IMG/VR virus record: IMGVR_UViG_3300005805_000289
Coordinates: 1 to 31,775 of that record
DNA: 31,775 nucleotides
Source of the DNA: a virus
Taxonomy: Duplodnaviria > Caudoviricetes
Strand: one strand, 5' to 3'
Under the pieces are notes generated by a model, which made no database searches, was not told the DNA's origin, and saw nothing but the letters and a program-made list of their open reading frames with translations. The translations under genes were made by a program, and so were the position numbers. Positions within the stretch are counted from its first letter, which is position 1, and the number at the start of each line of letters is the position of its first letter. Below are positions 23,575 through 31,750 of this stretch, piece after piece.

Positions 23575-24998
23575 TGCACGACCACCCCATGCTTCGCCCA
23601 TCGGCGCATGAAAGCCCCTTTGTCCTTTGCGAGCTGCTGCTGCATGGCAGGGTCGTCCCAGTTGCCGGTCTTGGATCCTCCGTCGATATGTTCCACGGTC
23701 GTTTGAGTTGCCATGGCATACCAGGCTCCGGCCATGTCGATGGAGAGGACCAAGTCGTTGTCTCCGAACCACCATTTGCAGTCTTCAGGAAAGCGCCAGC
23801 CTTCTTGGAACCATTCAGATTTCACCATAAAGGCGAAGCCGGCGAGGCCGCCTGTTCCGTCGTAGCGGTCAGCACAGATTCCGTGGAGCTGCACAACCGG
23901 CTCCGCTACTTCTCGGCCGTCATAGTTGGGGCAGATGGCGACCATGTGAGGATCAGAGCGCAAGCCTGCCGCCAAGGTTGAGATGAACTTGTCGCCGATG
24001 ATGATGTCGTTGTTGAGGAAAGCGATGTTGAATTTGTGGTGGCGGCTCATTGCCCAGGCGGCTCCGGCATTCCACATTTCGTGGATCCCCATTCCTTCAC
24101 AGTCCATCACCTTCGCGAAGGTTTGAGACCCCAGCCATTTCACAGTCTCAGGGTTGGAGCCGTTGTCGAGGACCAAGATGCCGTCGTGTTCGCCTTGGTC
24201 GTGGAGCTGCCGTAGAAGCGCCTTCGTCATTTTCAGTTGATCTTTGACTGGCACGATCACAAAGTTTTTGGTTGGCACAAGTTCGGGCGGTACTTGAGGC
24301 CAGAAGTCTCGGGTGGTGAGGGTGCGTTTTTTGATGTGGCCGACTTCGATGGTGGTGTCGACGAAGCAGGGGAATCCGACAGCCTGCGCGCGCAAACTGA
24401 ACACATAGTCTTCGCCCATGATGTCGTGGACTTCTTCGCCTGTTTCCGGGTCGGTGTAGTCCCACTGGACATATTTGAACCAGGGCTGGGCGTCTTTGCG
24501 GTTGGCGTCCCAAATCTTTTGGAGAACTGTTCGATGGAGGAGAACACATCCGGATCCGACAGCGCCAACCTGCCAATGCTGCTGGGGTGGGATTGTCGAA
24601 TATTCGCGTGGGGTGGGCGGCTCTAATGTTTCAAAGCCGATACAGGCCGGAACGATTCGATGGTGGGGATTCCATTTCTCGGCCATGATGAGCGCCGACA
24701 GGATGGGCCGTTCGATTGGGTCGGCGGATTCCAGCATTTGGTCGACGAGGTCGAAGCGGAAACGCTGGTCGGTGTCGATAAACAGCAGCCACTCGGCGTC
24801 ACCCTCGAGGAAGGTTCGGACGACTGAGTTTCTCTGTTGTGGGAGGTTGGTTCCGGCTTGGGCGATCATCCAGCCGGCATGATCTAAATGGCCGGCGGTT
24901 TTTTGGTCCCAAGATTTGAGGGCGAGGAGGGAGAATACGAAGTCGGGTTCGAAGTCGCCATAAATAATTCCGATGGCGACCTTTGTTTGCTTTGCCAC
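23571..24998 (-). CDS. Two-domain glycosyltransferase (tandem GT-A/GT2-like domains, 475 aa)
   Basis: GTG 24998 with AAGGAG RBS. Domain 1: QQRN...WLLFIDTD...GSGCVLLHR...GEDYVF...VGHIK. Domain 2: VIVPVKD...VLDNGS...WNAG...FLNNDI...WFGDNDL. Confidence 0.85.
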   Translation of the reverse strand: MAKQTKVAIGIIYGDFEPDFVFSLLALKSWDQKTAGHLDHAGWMIAQAGTNLPQQRNSVVRTFLEGDAEWLLFIDTDQRFRFDLVDQMLESADPIERPILSALIMAEKWNPHHRIVPACIGFETLEPPTPREYSTIPPQQHWQVGAVGSGCVLLHRTVLQKIWDANRKDAQPWFKYVQWDYTDPETGEEVHDIMGEDYVFSLRAQAVGFPCFVDTTIEVGHIKKRTLTTRDFWPQVPPELVPTKNFVIVPVKDQLKMTKALLRQLHDQGEHDGILVLDNGSNPETVKWLGSQTFAKVMDCEGMGIHEMWNAGAAWAMSRHHKFNIAFLNNDIIIGDKFISTLAAGLRSDPHMVAICPNYDGREVAEPVVQLHGICADRYDGTGGLAGFAFMVKSEWFQEGWRFPEDCKWWFGDNDLVLSIDMAGAWYAMATQTTVEHIDGGSKTGNWDDPAMQQQLAKDKGAFMRRWAKHGVVVQ

Positions 24999-25010
24999 TG
25001 TGGCTCCTTG

Positions 25011-25057
25011 TCGGGGTTGTCGGGGTATGTCGGGGAAATATCGGGGAAATATCGAGG
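25011..25057. repeat. Tandem TCGGGG-core repeats (4 copies plus 1 degenerate)
   Basis: tcggggttg tcggggtatg tcggggaaata tcggggaaata tcgagg, abutting the RBS of the first glycosyltransferase. Confidence 0.75.
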
Positions 25058-25061
25058 AGGC

Positions 25062-25105
25062 GTGGACCGGACCCCCCAGCCCCGACGCTGGGAGGTCCGG
25101 TTCAC
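25062..25105 (-). terminator. 19-bp hairpin after the major capsid gene
   Basis: Minus strand gtgaaccggacctcccagc-gtcggg-gctggggggtccggtccac (one mismatch, one G-U), 14 nt after the capsid stop. Confidence 0.7.
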
Positions 25106-25119
25106 TTCTTGTCAGACGA

Positions 25120-26529
25120 TCAGACCTTAAGCACCTTGAAGGCGTTTGAGGTGATGACGTCTGCACCGGTACGCCAGAAGGCGAAGAATCCGGCTTGACC
25201 TGTTGGGCGCTGGTTGGCACCCATAACCATCGGTTCGTACATGATCTCGACGCCAATGCGGTCGACGATCTTGTAGCCAACTCCGAAGTCGCCCAGGATG
25301 AGGACGAAGTCGTTGGAGCCGGAAACAATGGTCGTGTCCATTGCCTCGTTCTGGTAGGTGTTGTATCCGATGAGCTGAGCCGGAAGGCCGCCACCGAAGT
25401 CAGACCAGAAGTTGGTACGGGCGTCGGTCACGCTGCGAAGCTCGTTGTACGTCGACTTCGCTGCAAGGAATGAAGCGTTGCGACGGAAACGTGCGCCGAG
25501 TGCGTTGTCGAGGGCGTAGGCGTCAGCGGCCACAAGGTTCGCTGCTCCTGCTGCTCCGGACGTGCCGTTGACGACTGGGCCGGTGCCTGAAAGGCGGGTG
25601 ATGAGGCCGTAAGGCTGGCCGGAGCCGGTGCCGTTGATGTACGCGCTCTCTTCGAGGCGGTCCTTAGCGTCGGCGATGAGTTCTGCGACCTGGTTGAAAC
25701 CAGAGTCGGCGAGGAACTCGTATGAGCCGAACAGGAACGCTGCTGCCTTGTGGACCGAAATGGTCGGGCCTTGGAAGGTCGGAGTGGCGTCTGCCGCTTC
25801 GGTGCCTTCTGTAAGCCACTCAGCCGAAACGCCTGCTGAGGTGACGCCATCCCACTGGTCAGTCGTGATCGACGTGACGTCGGCGAGCTGACGAACAGCA
25901 TTCGCGGAACCGTTGTTCGTGAGAACAATGGTCGGATCCAGGAACTGAGGAACAAGGACGCCACCGTTTGCCGCTGTGAGCGACATTGCGGCGCGTGCCT
26001 CTGCCTTGCCAAGAATGCGGGGCATTCCAGCCTGTGGGTTTTCGATGTACTCCTCGAATGCACGGAGGTAATCGGGCGAAGAGGTGCGGACGATGTGGCG
26101 GGCCACAACATCAGCGTCCAGCTTCGAACGGCGCTCCAGCATTTGAGTCGCATTCTCACGCGCTTCGTCAGAAACGAAGGATGGGAGATGCTTTTCGATG
26201 ACATCGAGCGCACGTCCACGAAGTTCCGAACCACCATCGGCGGCAAGGGTTCCATGGTCAAACGCGTCGCGTGAGGTGTGGGTGTTGATGTTGATGGAGG
26301 TCACTGCTCCGTCTCCTGTTTCTGTTGCGGCAGGTGCGAAGTCGGCGATGCGTGCCTTGCGCTCTTCGAGGGCGATTAGTTCGGCCTCGGAGGTGCGGAC
26401 ATACTCGGCGCCGGCTTCCCATGAAGCCTGCTCGTCTGGGTCAAATGAACGCTCTTCAGCGTTTGTGTGCATTTCGCGAAGGACAGCCTTGACGTACTCG
26501 ACGCCTTCACGAAGGTTCTTTTCGTCCAT
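25120..26529 (-). CDS. Major capsid protein, HK97 fold, with N-terminal delta (scaffold) domain
   Basis: Coiled-coil N-terminus; GGVLVP, AEWLTEG, YINGTGSGQPYG, LIGY, GDF..Y.IVDRIG, AFWRTGA motifs. Confidence 0.93.
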   Translation of the reverse strand: MDEKNLREGVEYVKAVLREMHTNAEERSFDPDEQASWEAGAEYVRTSEAELIALEERKARIADFAPAATETGDGAVTSININTHTSRDAFDHGTLAADGGSELRGRALDVIEKHLPSFVSDEARENATQMLERRSKLDADVVARHIVRTSSPDYLRAFEEYIENPQAGMPRILGKAEARAAMSLTAANGGVLVPQFLDPTIVLTNNGSANAVRQLADVTSITTDQWDGVTSAGVSAEWLTEGTEAADATPTFQGPTISVHKAAAFLFGSYEFLADSGFNQVAELIADAKDRLEESAYINGTGSGQPYGLITRLSGTGPVVNGTSGAAGAANLVAADAYALDNALGARFRRNASFLAAKSTYNELRSVTDARTNFWSDFGGGLPAQLIGYNTYQNEAMDTTIVSGSNDFVLILGDFGVGYKIVDRIGVEIMYEPMVMGANQRPTGQAGFFAFWRTGADVITSNAFKVLKV

Positions 26530-28088
26530 TAGAGGACTCCTTCGATTTCTCGCAACTGTGAGCTGCGTTGGATGGGTGTGAGGCCGGAGTGCGTAGGCGA
26601 GTCCGGTGTCGAATCGGCGAGCCTTCCAGAAGTGCCATCACTGGCGGGTTCTGGTTGGGTGCCGAGAACAAGCGCCCTAGCGATCGCTTGGCGATCATCT
26701 TGAGGCAATGAGAACAATGGTGACAGATCAGCGGAGCGAACGCCAACACTGGTTTCTGCGTAGGCCGGGAATACTACAGGGCCAAGCTCGAGCAGTTTGA
26801 CTTCCTCGAGGGTGCGGACTGGCATATCGCCAGACTCGTCGACACTGTCCCGAACTACCTGAAAGCGGAAGGACATTCCGTCGATGGCTCCGGAGGCGAT
26901 GGCGTCGCGAACTGGTTGGATCAGCCAGTTGTCGGCGAGGCGTGCTTCGACATACAGGCCGTGTTCGTCTTCACGGAGTTTTGTGATTTGCCCGAGGGGC
27001 ATGGAGCCGAGGAGTGGATGGCGGCCGTGTTCGAATTGCAGAACTGGCATTTTGGCGTTGATTGAGCGTTTGAATGCTCCTGGGCGGATTCGTTCTTCGA
27101 AGCGGCCTTCGTAGTTGTCAATCATGGTGGATCGGTTGAAGACAGCGGCGTAGCCGGTGAGGGTGAGGCCGTCTTCAGTGTTTTCAGCTGCACGAACCTC
27201 GAAGGGGACGTTGCGGTAAAGGTCGGAGCGTGTTTCGGTGGAACGTGCTGATTCCATTTCCATCATGGGTTCTTCCTCGACGATGAGTTCTGCCGGGGTT
27301 TCGATTGTGAGCAGGGTTTCGGGGATCACCCAGAATTTACAGATTCCGCCGGGGTCGATGTCGCCTTCGACGAGTTCACAGGCGCGCGGTCCTTCATAGA
27401 AAGCACAGTTTGAACAGACCATGCCTTCTTCGGCGAAAGGGTTTTCGTCGGCGTCGACATAGTGGGCGCCTTGTGCGCCGATGCCCTGGTCGAACTGTCC
27501 GAATGTTTCAACAGTGCTTTCGAGGACTTCGTACAAATGATTTTGAAGAGCTGTGACGGGGTAGATACCGTCGATGCCTCGGATTTGCGTTTCATCCATG
27601 ACGGACCTTTCGTCGTTGTTGAAGTCTTCCATGATGGCCTGTGATCGGCTCCAGCCTGCGTCTCCACCCCACAAAGCCCAAGCGATTCGGCCGTTGCTGG
27701 GGTAGCCGTCCTGATCTGGGGACCAGCCTTCGCCTTGCTTGTCGATTTCGTGGCGGTCGAAATACGCTTTGATGCGGCGCCAAGTGTTGATCGGAAGGTC
27801 TTTGCGGTTCACGATGTCGCGCGCGCGTGCGATACCGATGGACGTTCCGCCTCGGCCGTATTCGCTTCGCCAGTCGAGTCCACGCTGGGCTTCTTCGACC
27901 ATTCCGTCTGTCGGAGGGTAAGAATCGGCTGCCCGACCTTCGTCACCATATTCGGCGATGTTTAGGGCGGTGAGTTGGTCGTCGGCTTCGGCTTTTGTGT
28001 CGTGACAGCCCATGATTTCGTCGTCTTCGGTCTTGACGACAGCCCAACCGGAGCAGCCTTCGACGCCTTGGAGGACGTCATACGGCAT
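26529..28088 (-). CDS. Prohead maturation protease (HK97 type) with ~290-aa multidomain N-terminal extension
   Basis: C-terminal LTGYAAVFN...ERIRPGAF...FEHG...EDEHGLYVEA...GMSFRF...LLELGPVVFPAYAETSV; start ATG 28088 overlaps the portal stop. Confidence 0.9.
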   Translation of the reverse strand: MPYDVLQGVEGCSGWAVVKTEDDEIMGCHDTKAEADDQLTALNIAEYGDEGRAADSYPPTDGMVEEAQRGLDWRSEYGRGGTSIGIARARDIVNRKDLPINTWRRIKAYFDRHEIDKQGEGWSPDQDGYPSNGRIAWALWGGDAGWSRSQAIMEDFNNDERSVMDETQIRGIDGIYPVTALQNHLYEVLESTVETFGQFDQGIGAQGAHYVDADENPFAEEGMVCSNCAFYEGPRACELVEGDIDPGGICKFWVIPETLLTIETPAELIVEEEPMMEMESARSTETRSDLYRNVPFEVRAAENTEDGLTLTGYAAVFNRSTMIDNYEGRFEERIRPGAFKRSINAKMPVLQFEHGRHPLLGSMPLGQITKLREDEHGLYVEARLADNWLIQPVRDAIASGAIDGMSFRFQVVRDSVDESGDMPVRTLEEVKLLELGPVVFPAYAETSVGVRSADLSPLFSLPQDDRQAIARALVLGTQPEPASDGTSGRLADSTPDSPTHSGLTPIQRSSQLREIEGVL

Positions 28089-29421
28089 TTGTCTCTCCAT
28101 CTGTCGGCGCTTGGAGCTGCACACTGAAGACTCCGGTGTGTTGGAGGACTGTGGTGTCTCCGGTGGCGATAAATTTGGTTACTGTGGACGGTTCGAAGCC
28201 GGCTTCGACGAGTTGGCGCATAGAAGAGGCTTGTGTTGCCCTGATTTCGGCTTCGTCTTTGCGATCTTCTTGCAAAAACATGATTTGGGACTGGTCAAAT
28301 GACAGTTCGGCCGGTGTTCCGACCGGCAAAGCCAAGATTCGTTCCATTGAGGCGCAAAGATTCTGGGCTGTCGGCATAAACCAGGCATCGGACCACATTC
28401 GGCGGGTCTGAGAGTAGTTGCCGGCGTTCAAAGCGGACCCTGCCAAACCTTCAGAGATGCCGAGAAGGGTGGCTGGGACTCGCGCGCGCAAGGCGATTCG
28501 GGTTTCGTCGACACCCTGAGTGTTTTTGAGGTCGAGTTGTTGCAGGTTGGAGCCGGCAACCTTCACATCAGAGCCGCCACCAAGCACCAAAGTCTTGTAG
28601 GCGTTGCCGGATCCTTCGTGGCGCTGGTTGATAACAGCTGCAATGTCGGTGGCTTGCTGCTGGGTGGTGTGTGGGTCAAGGGTGACGATGAGTTGCGGCG
28701 TTGCAGCGTTGGCGAAGAACTTGGATTTGAACTCTGTGGCTTGCCGGTCGGTGGTGATTTCGGAGAGAACCGATCCGATCCATGACTGTCCACGCCACCA
28801 GTGCATCGGGTCCGGCTCGGGTTTCCAGTGAGCGACCTGTGAGGGGGCGAGAAACACTGGCGGGGTTTGCGATGAGATGCCACCGGGCTGGTAGGAGTAG
28901 CCGACTAGTTCGGCGTCGAGTTGTGCAGTGGGGTCGACATCGTTTTCATAGGATCCGTACACGACTGTCATGTAGTCGGGGCGGAGGAGGCGTAACTGTC
29001 CACCATTGCGGTAGAAGAAGGCGTTGCCGGCGAGGCTGTTGTGCTGCTCGGCGGCGTAAAGAAGTTCAGCTCGGGTCAGATCCCCAGGGCGTTCCAAGAT
29101 GGAAAGTTCGGTGGTTCCGAAGAGTCGGCCGGTTTCGCCTTGGAGCAGTGAACGCCATTGAAAGCGAATCTGTGACATCAGCAGCGCGCGCGCTGTTACA
29201 GCAGCCGCGACGACTCCGGACTGGTTGTAGACGCCCTGCACATATCCGGTGAAGTTTGCTGAGACGGCGGTGCCAGGCGCTCGGAGTGGTGAAGCGATGC
29301 CTTGGTAGGTGTTCCCGTTGAAGGAGAACATGGCGAGGACGTCTTCGAAGGTGAGGCCGTTGGCGTAGGAGCGTTCAGCCGTCTCGAGGTTGCCGCTGCG
29401 TAGTCTGTCCAGAAGTCTCAT
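28078..29421 (-). CDS. Portal protein, HK97 family
   Basis: GNAF, LRPD, GQSWI, FFANAATP, GSGNAYKTLVLGGG, RVPATLLG, NYSQ motifs; position after terL. Confidence 0.92.
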   Translation of the reverse strand: MRLLDRLRSGNLETAERSYANGLTFEDVLAMFSFNGNTYQGIASPLRAPGTAVSANFTGYVQGVYNQSGVVAAAVTARALLMSQIRFQWRSLLQGETGRLFGTTELSILERPGDLTRAELLYAAEQHNSLAGNAFFYRNGGQLRLLRPDYMTVVYGSYENDVDPTAQLDAELVGYSYQPGGISSQTPPVFLAPSQVAHWKPEPDPMHWWRGQSWIGSVLSEITTDRQATEFKSKFFANAATPQLIVTLDPHTTQQQATDIAAVINQRHEGSGNAYKTLVLGGGSDVKVAGSNLQQLDLKNTQGVDETRIALRARVPATLLGISEGLAGSALNAGNYSQTRRMWSDAWFMPTAQNLCASMERILALPVGTPAELSFDQSQIMFLQEDRKDEAEIRATQASSMRQLVEAGFEPSTVTKFIATGDTTVLQHTGVFSVQLQAPTDGETNAV

Positions 29422-29558
29422 TCAACGTCCTTCAGTAAGCCGGCCACGATGAGGGCGACGCCTGGCACACATAACGCGAGCCAAGAAATGGGGGAGAGGG
29501 CTAGACCTACTGTGAGCAGGACCAGTCCGGCAATGATAAACGCTAGAGCCGTTTTCAT
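29418..29558 (-). CDS. Small two-TM membrane protein between terL and portal (46 aa)
   Basis: Below the cutoff. MKTALAFIIAGLVLLTVGLALSPISWLALCVPGVALIVAGLLKDVE; ATGA overlaps at both ends. Confidence 0.75.
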   Translation of the reverse strand: MKTALAFIIAGLVLLTVGLALSPISWLALCVPGVALIVAGLLKDVE

Positions 29559-31180
29559 GCGAGTATCGCAAAAGGAGTGATTGGCTGTTCGGGAGTCATT
29601 CGGGCTACCTCATCGTAAGAGAGAATGGCGGCGACCAATCCGTCGATCTTCGAGTCAATCGTAGGTTTCACGATTGCCGGGAAATCGGATCGGCCTTTGG
29701 ATTTTGTCAACAAAGCATTCAACGCATACTCGCGCATTTCCGGCGACCCATCATGGGTGAAAGATCCTTCGTCAATGGCTTCGAGGAAGCGGTCGATTGC
29801 TGGTCCCATTCGGGTCGGACGGTTTGTTAATACTTCCACGACAATGGGTTCTCCGAATGTTTCACCAAACTCTTTGTCCCAGGAGTCGATCTCTTCACGC
29901 CAGCCGGGAGGGTCACAACAGAACCGGCGGACTTCGAAGGTTTCTCGAAGTTCCGACACTTTCTCTCGGATCTCCTCTCGAGGGACCCGATAGTCACGTC
30001 CGGCAAACTCGGGGCGTTTCCAGGCGTCGATGAGGAACAGGTGGGGTTTTTCGGTTAGCACCCAGCCGACCAAGACGGTGTCGTCAGCGTTTTCTCCACG
30101 GTCAGAACCGTCGAAGCCGATAGCAATGATTTCCCCACCTTCGGGATTGAACTGTGGGGCAGCCAGCAAATCCCACTTCTCGGGGTCGATGGCACGCTGC
30201 TCCCCCTTCCATCGAAGGTTGTGGAAGTAGCGGGCGTTCTCGGCTTTCACTGAGCCAGGCGCTCGGATCTCATGTTCGATCATTCCCGGCAGATCCATCC
30301 ACTCCGCTGCCGGCCCATAAGCCTCGCGAAGAGAAGCCAACTGGGCGACATCATCATCCCACGACGATTCAGTCATAATCCCTTCGCGATGATGCCAGCA
30401 GAAACCGAACGAACGGTTGGGGCGTTCCATCAGCTTCTCCGCCTCGTCATAAAGATCCTCAGCCACCGAATGCTGCCCAGGCTGAAACATGGTGGTAGTC
30501 GCCAACATCCACGGCTGAGCAAGTTTTCGCTTTCGAGTGTTCCGTCGGACCATGGCGTGCATTTGCCGCAACTCCGGCAGATAGTACAGATGCGGTTCGT
30601 CTACGACAGCGAAGGACTCTTTGCCACCATCCTTCGAAGCAGCGCCGGCAGTTGAGGGGCGAACCTCACCCAACCGGCCACCCTTGCCGACCAGCGTTCG
30701 GGTCGATCCGATGTCGAGCTGTGAGAAAGCCCATTCGGATGGGAACTGGTCGCGCGCGTGCTCGAGCATGGCTTGGACGTTTCCGTAGGTGTTGCCGGTT
30801 TGGTTCTCTTCCGTTGCCAAAGGACGGATGAACGGATAGGTGACAGGTTTTCCTACTGGTTCCCCATTGGCGTCCCATCCGTCGAAGCGGACAGGGCCGA
30901 GGAGTTCGGCGCAAGTGATAGCGCCGGCAAACTCTGACTTTGCCCTACCTTTCGGCATAGAGATCCCAAAGTACGAAACCACCCTCCGGCCTTCGTTCTC
31001 ATGGTCTTTCGGAAACAGCCGGTAACAGTCAAGGATGATTTGGCAGAACTCCTCATCCCAAACCAACGGTTCACCTTGGATGTCGCCAGGGCCGTGGCAT
31101 AGGTACTGCTCTGTCCAGTCGATGATCTGCCAGCCAAGCGTCGGCCAGTCTGTGGGAGCTGTAAGGCGGGTGAGAGGCAT
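29555..31180 (-). CDS. terL: Terminase large subunit
   Basis: Walker A-like MPKGRAKSE, Walker B AVVDEPH, coupling motif ATTT, nuclease IGFDGS...DDT...CDPPGW...KIDGLVA. Start re-assigned to ATG 31180. Confidence 0.93.
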   Translation of the reverse strand: MPLTRLTAPTDWPTLGWQIIDWTEQYLCHGPGDIQGEPLVWDEEFCQIILDCYRLFPKDHENEGRRVVSYFGISMPKGRAKSEFAGAITCAELLGPVRFDGWDANGEPVGKPVTYPFIRPLATEENQTGNTYGNVQAMLEHARDQFPSEWAFSQLDIGSTRTLVGKGGRLGEVRPSTAGAASKDGGKESFAVVDEPHLYYLPELRQMHAMVRRNTRKRKLAQPWMLATTTMFQPGQHSVAEDLYDEAEKLMERPNRSFGFCWHHREGIMTESSWDDDVAQLASLREAYGPAAEWMDLPGMIEHEIRAPGSVKAENARYFHNLRWKGEQRAIDPEKWDLLAAPQFNPEGGEIIAIGFDGSDRGENADDTVLVGWVLTEKPHLFLIDAWKRPEFAGRDYRVPREEIREKVSELRETFEVRRFCCDPPGWREEIDSWDKEFGETFGEPIVVEVLTNRPTRMGPAIDRFLEAIDEGSFTHDGSPEMREYALNALLTKSKGRSDFPAIVKPTIDSKIDGLVAAILSYDEVARMTPEQPITPFAILA

Positions 31181-31187
31181 GGATGTC

Positions 31188-31616
31188 CTACGCCAGTTTC
31201 GATCGCCTGGTCTGTCGACGTTCGGCAATCTCATCTTGGACTTCGGGAGTCGGGGTAGAGGCTTCTGCCTTAGAAGGCAGCTGCGCCCATCGTAGGTCTT
31301 GGCGACCCTTCGGGGTGATGCCATACCGATCCAGCAGCGGAAGAATCTTCGTCACGTCAATCTCCTCGAGCATGACTTTGTCGTAGAGCATGACGAGGAG
31401 TTGAAGTCCTGGCAGATCCTCGGCTGAGTAGAAGCAAGCCCACCAGGCGTTCATCCATGTCTTCCACGCGCGCTTTCCATGGGCGGAGAGGTTGGCCGGT
31501 GCGGCTGGGATCTTGCCGTGTTGCCAGCCTTCAACTTCGGCGAGGTTCCAAGTGAACATCGACTTTCTCTGGTCGACGGCTTCACCTGGGGGAAGAGGTT
31601 TTGATCCTGGCGGCAT
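31188..31616 (-). CDS. terS: Terminase small subunit (actinophage type)
   Basis: ATG 31616 with GAGGAG RBS; P..P...W..W...W, then DRYGITPKGRQDLRW; immediately upstream of terL. Confidence 0.75.
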   Translation of the reverse strand: MPPGSKPLPPGEAVDQRKSMFTWNLAEVEGWQHGKIPAAPANLSAHGKRAWKTWMNAWWACFYSAEDLPGLQLLVMLYDKVMLEEIDVTKILPLLDRYGITPKGRQDLRWAQLPSKAEASTPTPEVQDEIAERRQTRRSKLA

Positions 31617-31638
31617 GGCGCTCCTCGAGTCGTTTTTG

Positions 31639-31750
31639 TTGTCCACAGGGGGTTTTCCACAGGCTGAGTTTTCCACAGCCCGGAAATTTTGACGATGACG
31701 TTTTCCACAGGGTTGTCCACAGGTTGGGGTTTTCCACAGGGTTATCCACA
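31639..31750. repeat. Array of seven co-oriented DnaA-box-like 9-mers
   Basis: TTGTCCACA at 31639 and 31713; TTTTCCACA at 31653, 31669, 31701 and 31730; TTATCCACA at 31742. Every copy is in the context G-TTNTCCACA-G. Confidence 0.85.

Noticed and set aside
18907-24998. DNA hypermodification or Gtr-type serotype conversion as the role of the glycosyltransferases
   Set aside because: No hydroxymethylase, TET/JBP or thymidylate-synthase-like gene and no membrane GtrA/GtrC-type proteins were recognised, and the genes sit in the structural operon. Disfavoured, not excluded.
24999-25394. N-terminal extension of the 607-aa glycosyltransferase ORF (capsid-GT fusion or frameshift)
   Set aside because: It overlaps the capsid gene and crosses the hairpin and repeats. 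A strong RBS with GTG at 24998 explains the gene, and I saw no slippery site.
31639-31750. Bacterial oriC or CRISPR array
   Set aside because: No dnaA, dnaN or rpmH is adjacent and the array abuts terS. The 9-11-nt repeats with short gaps are too small for CRISPR.
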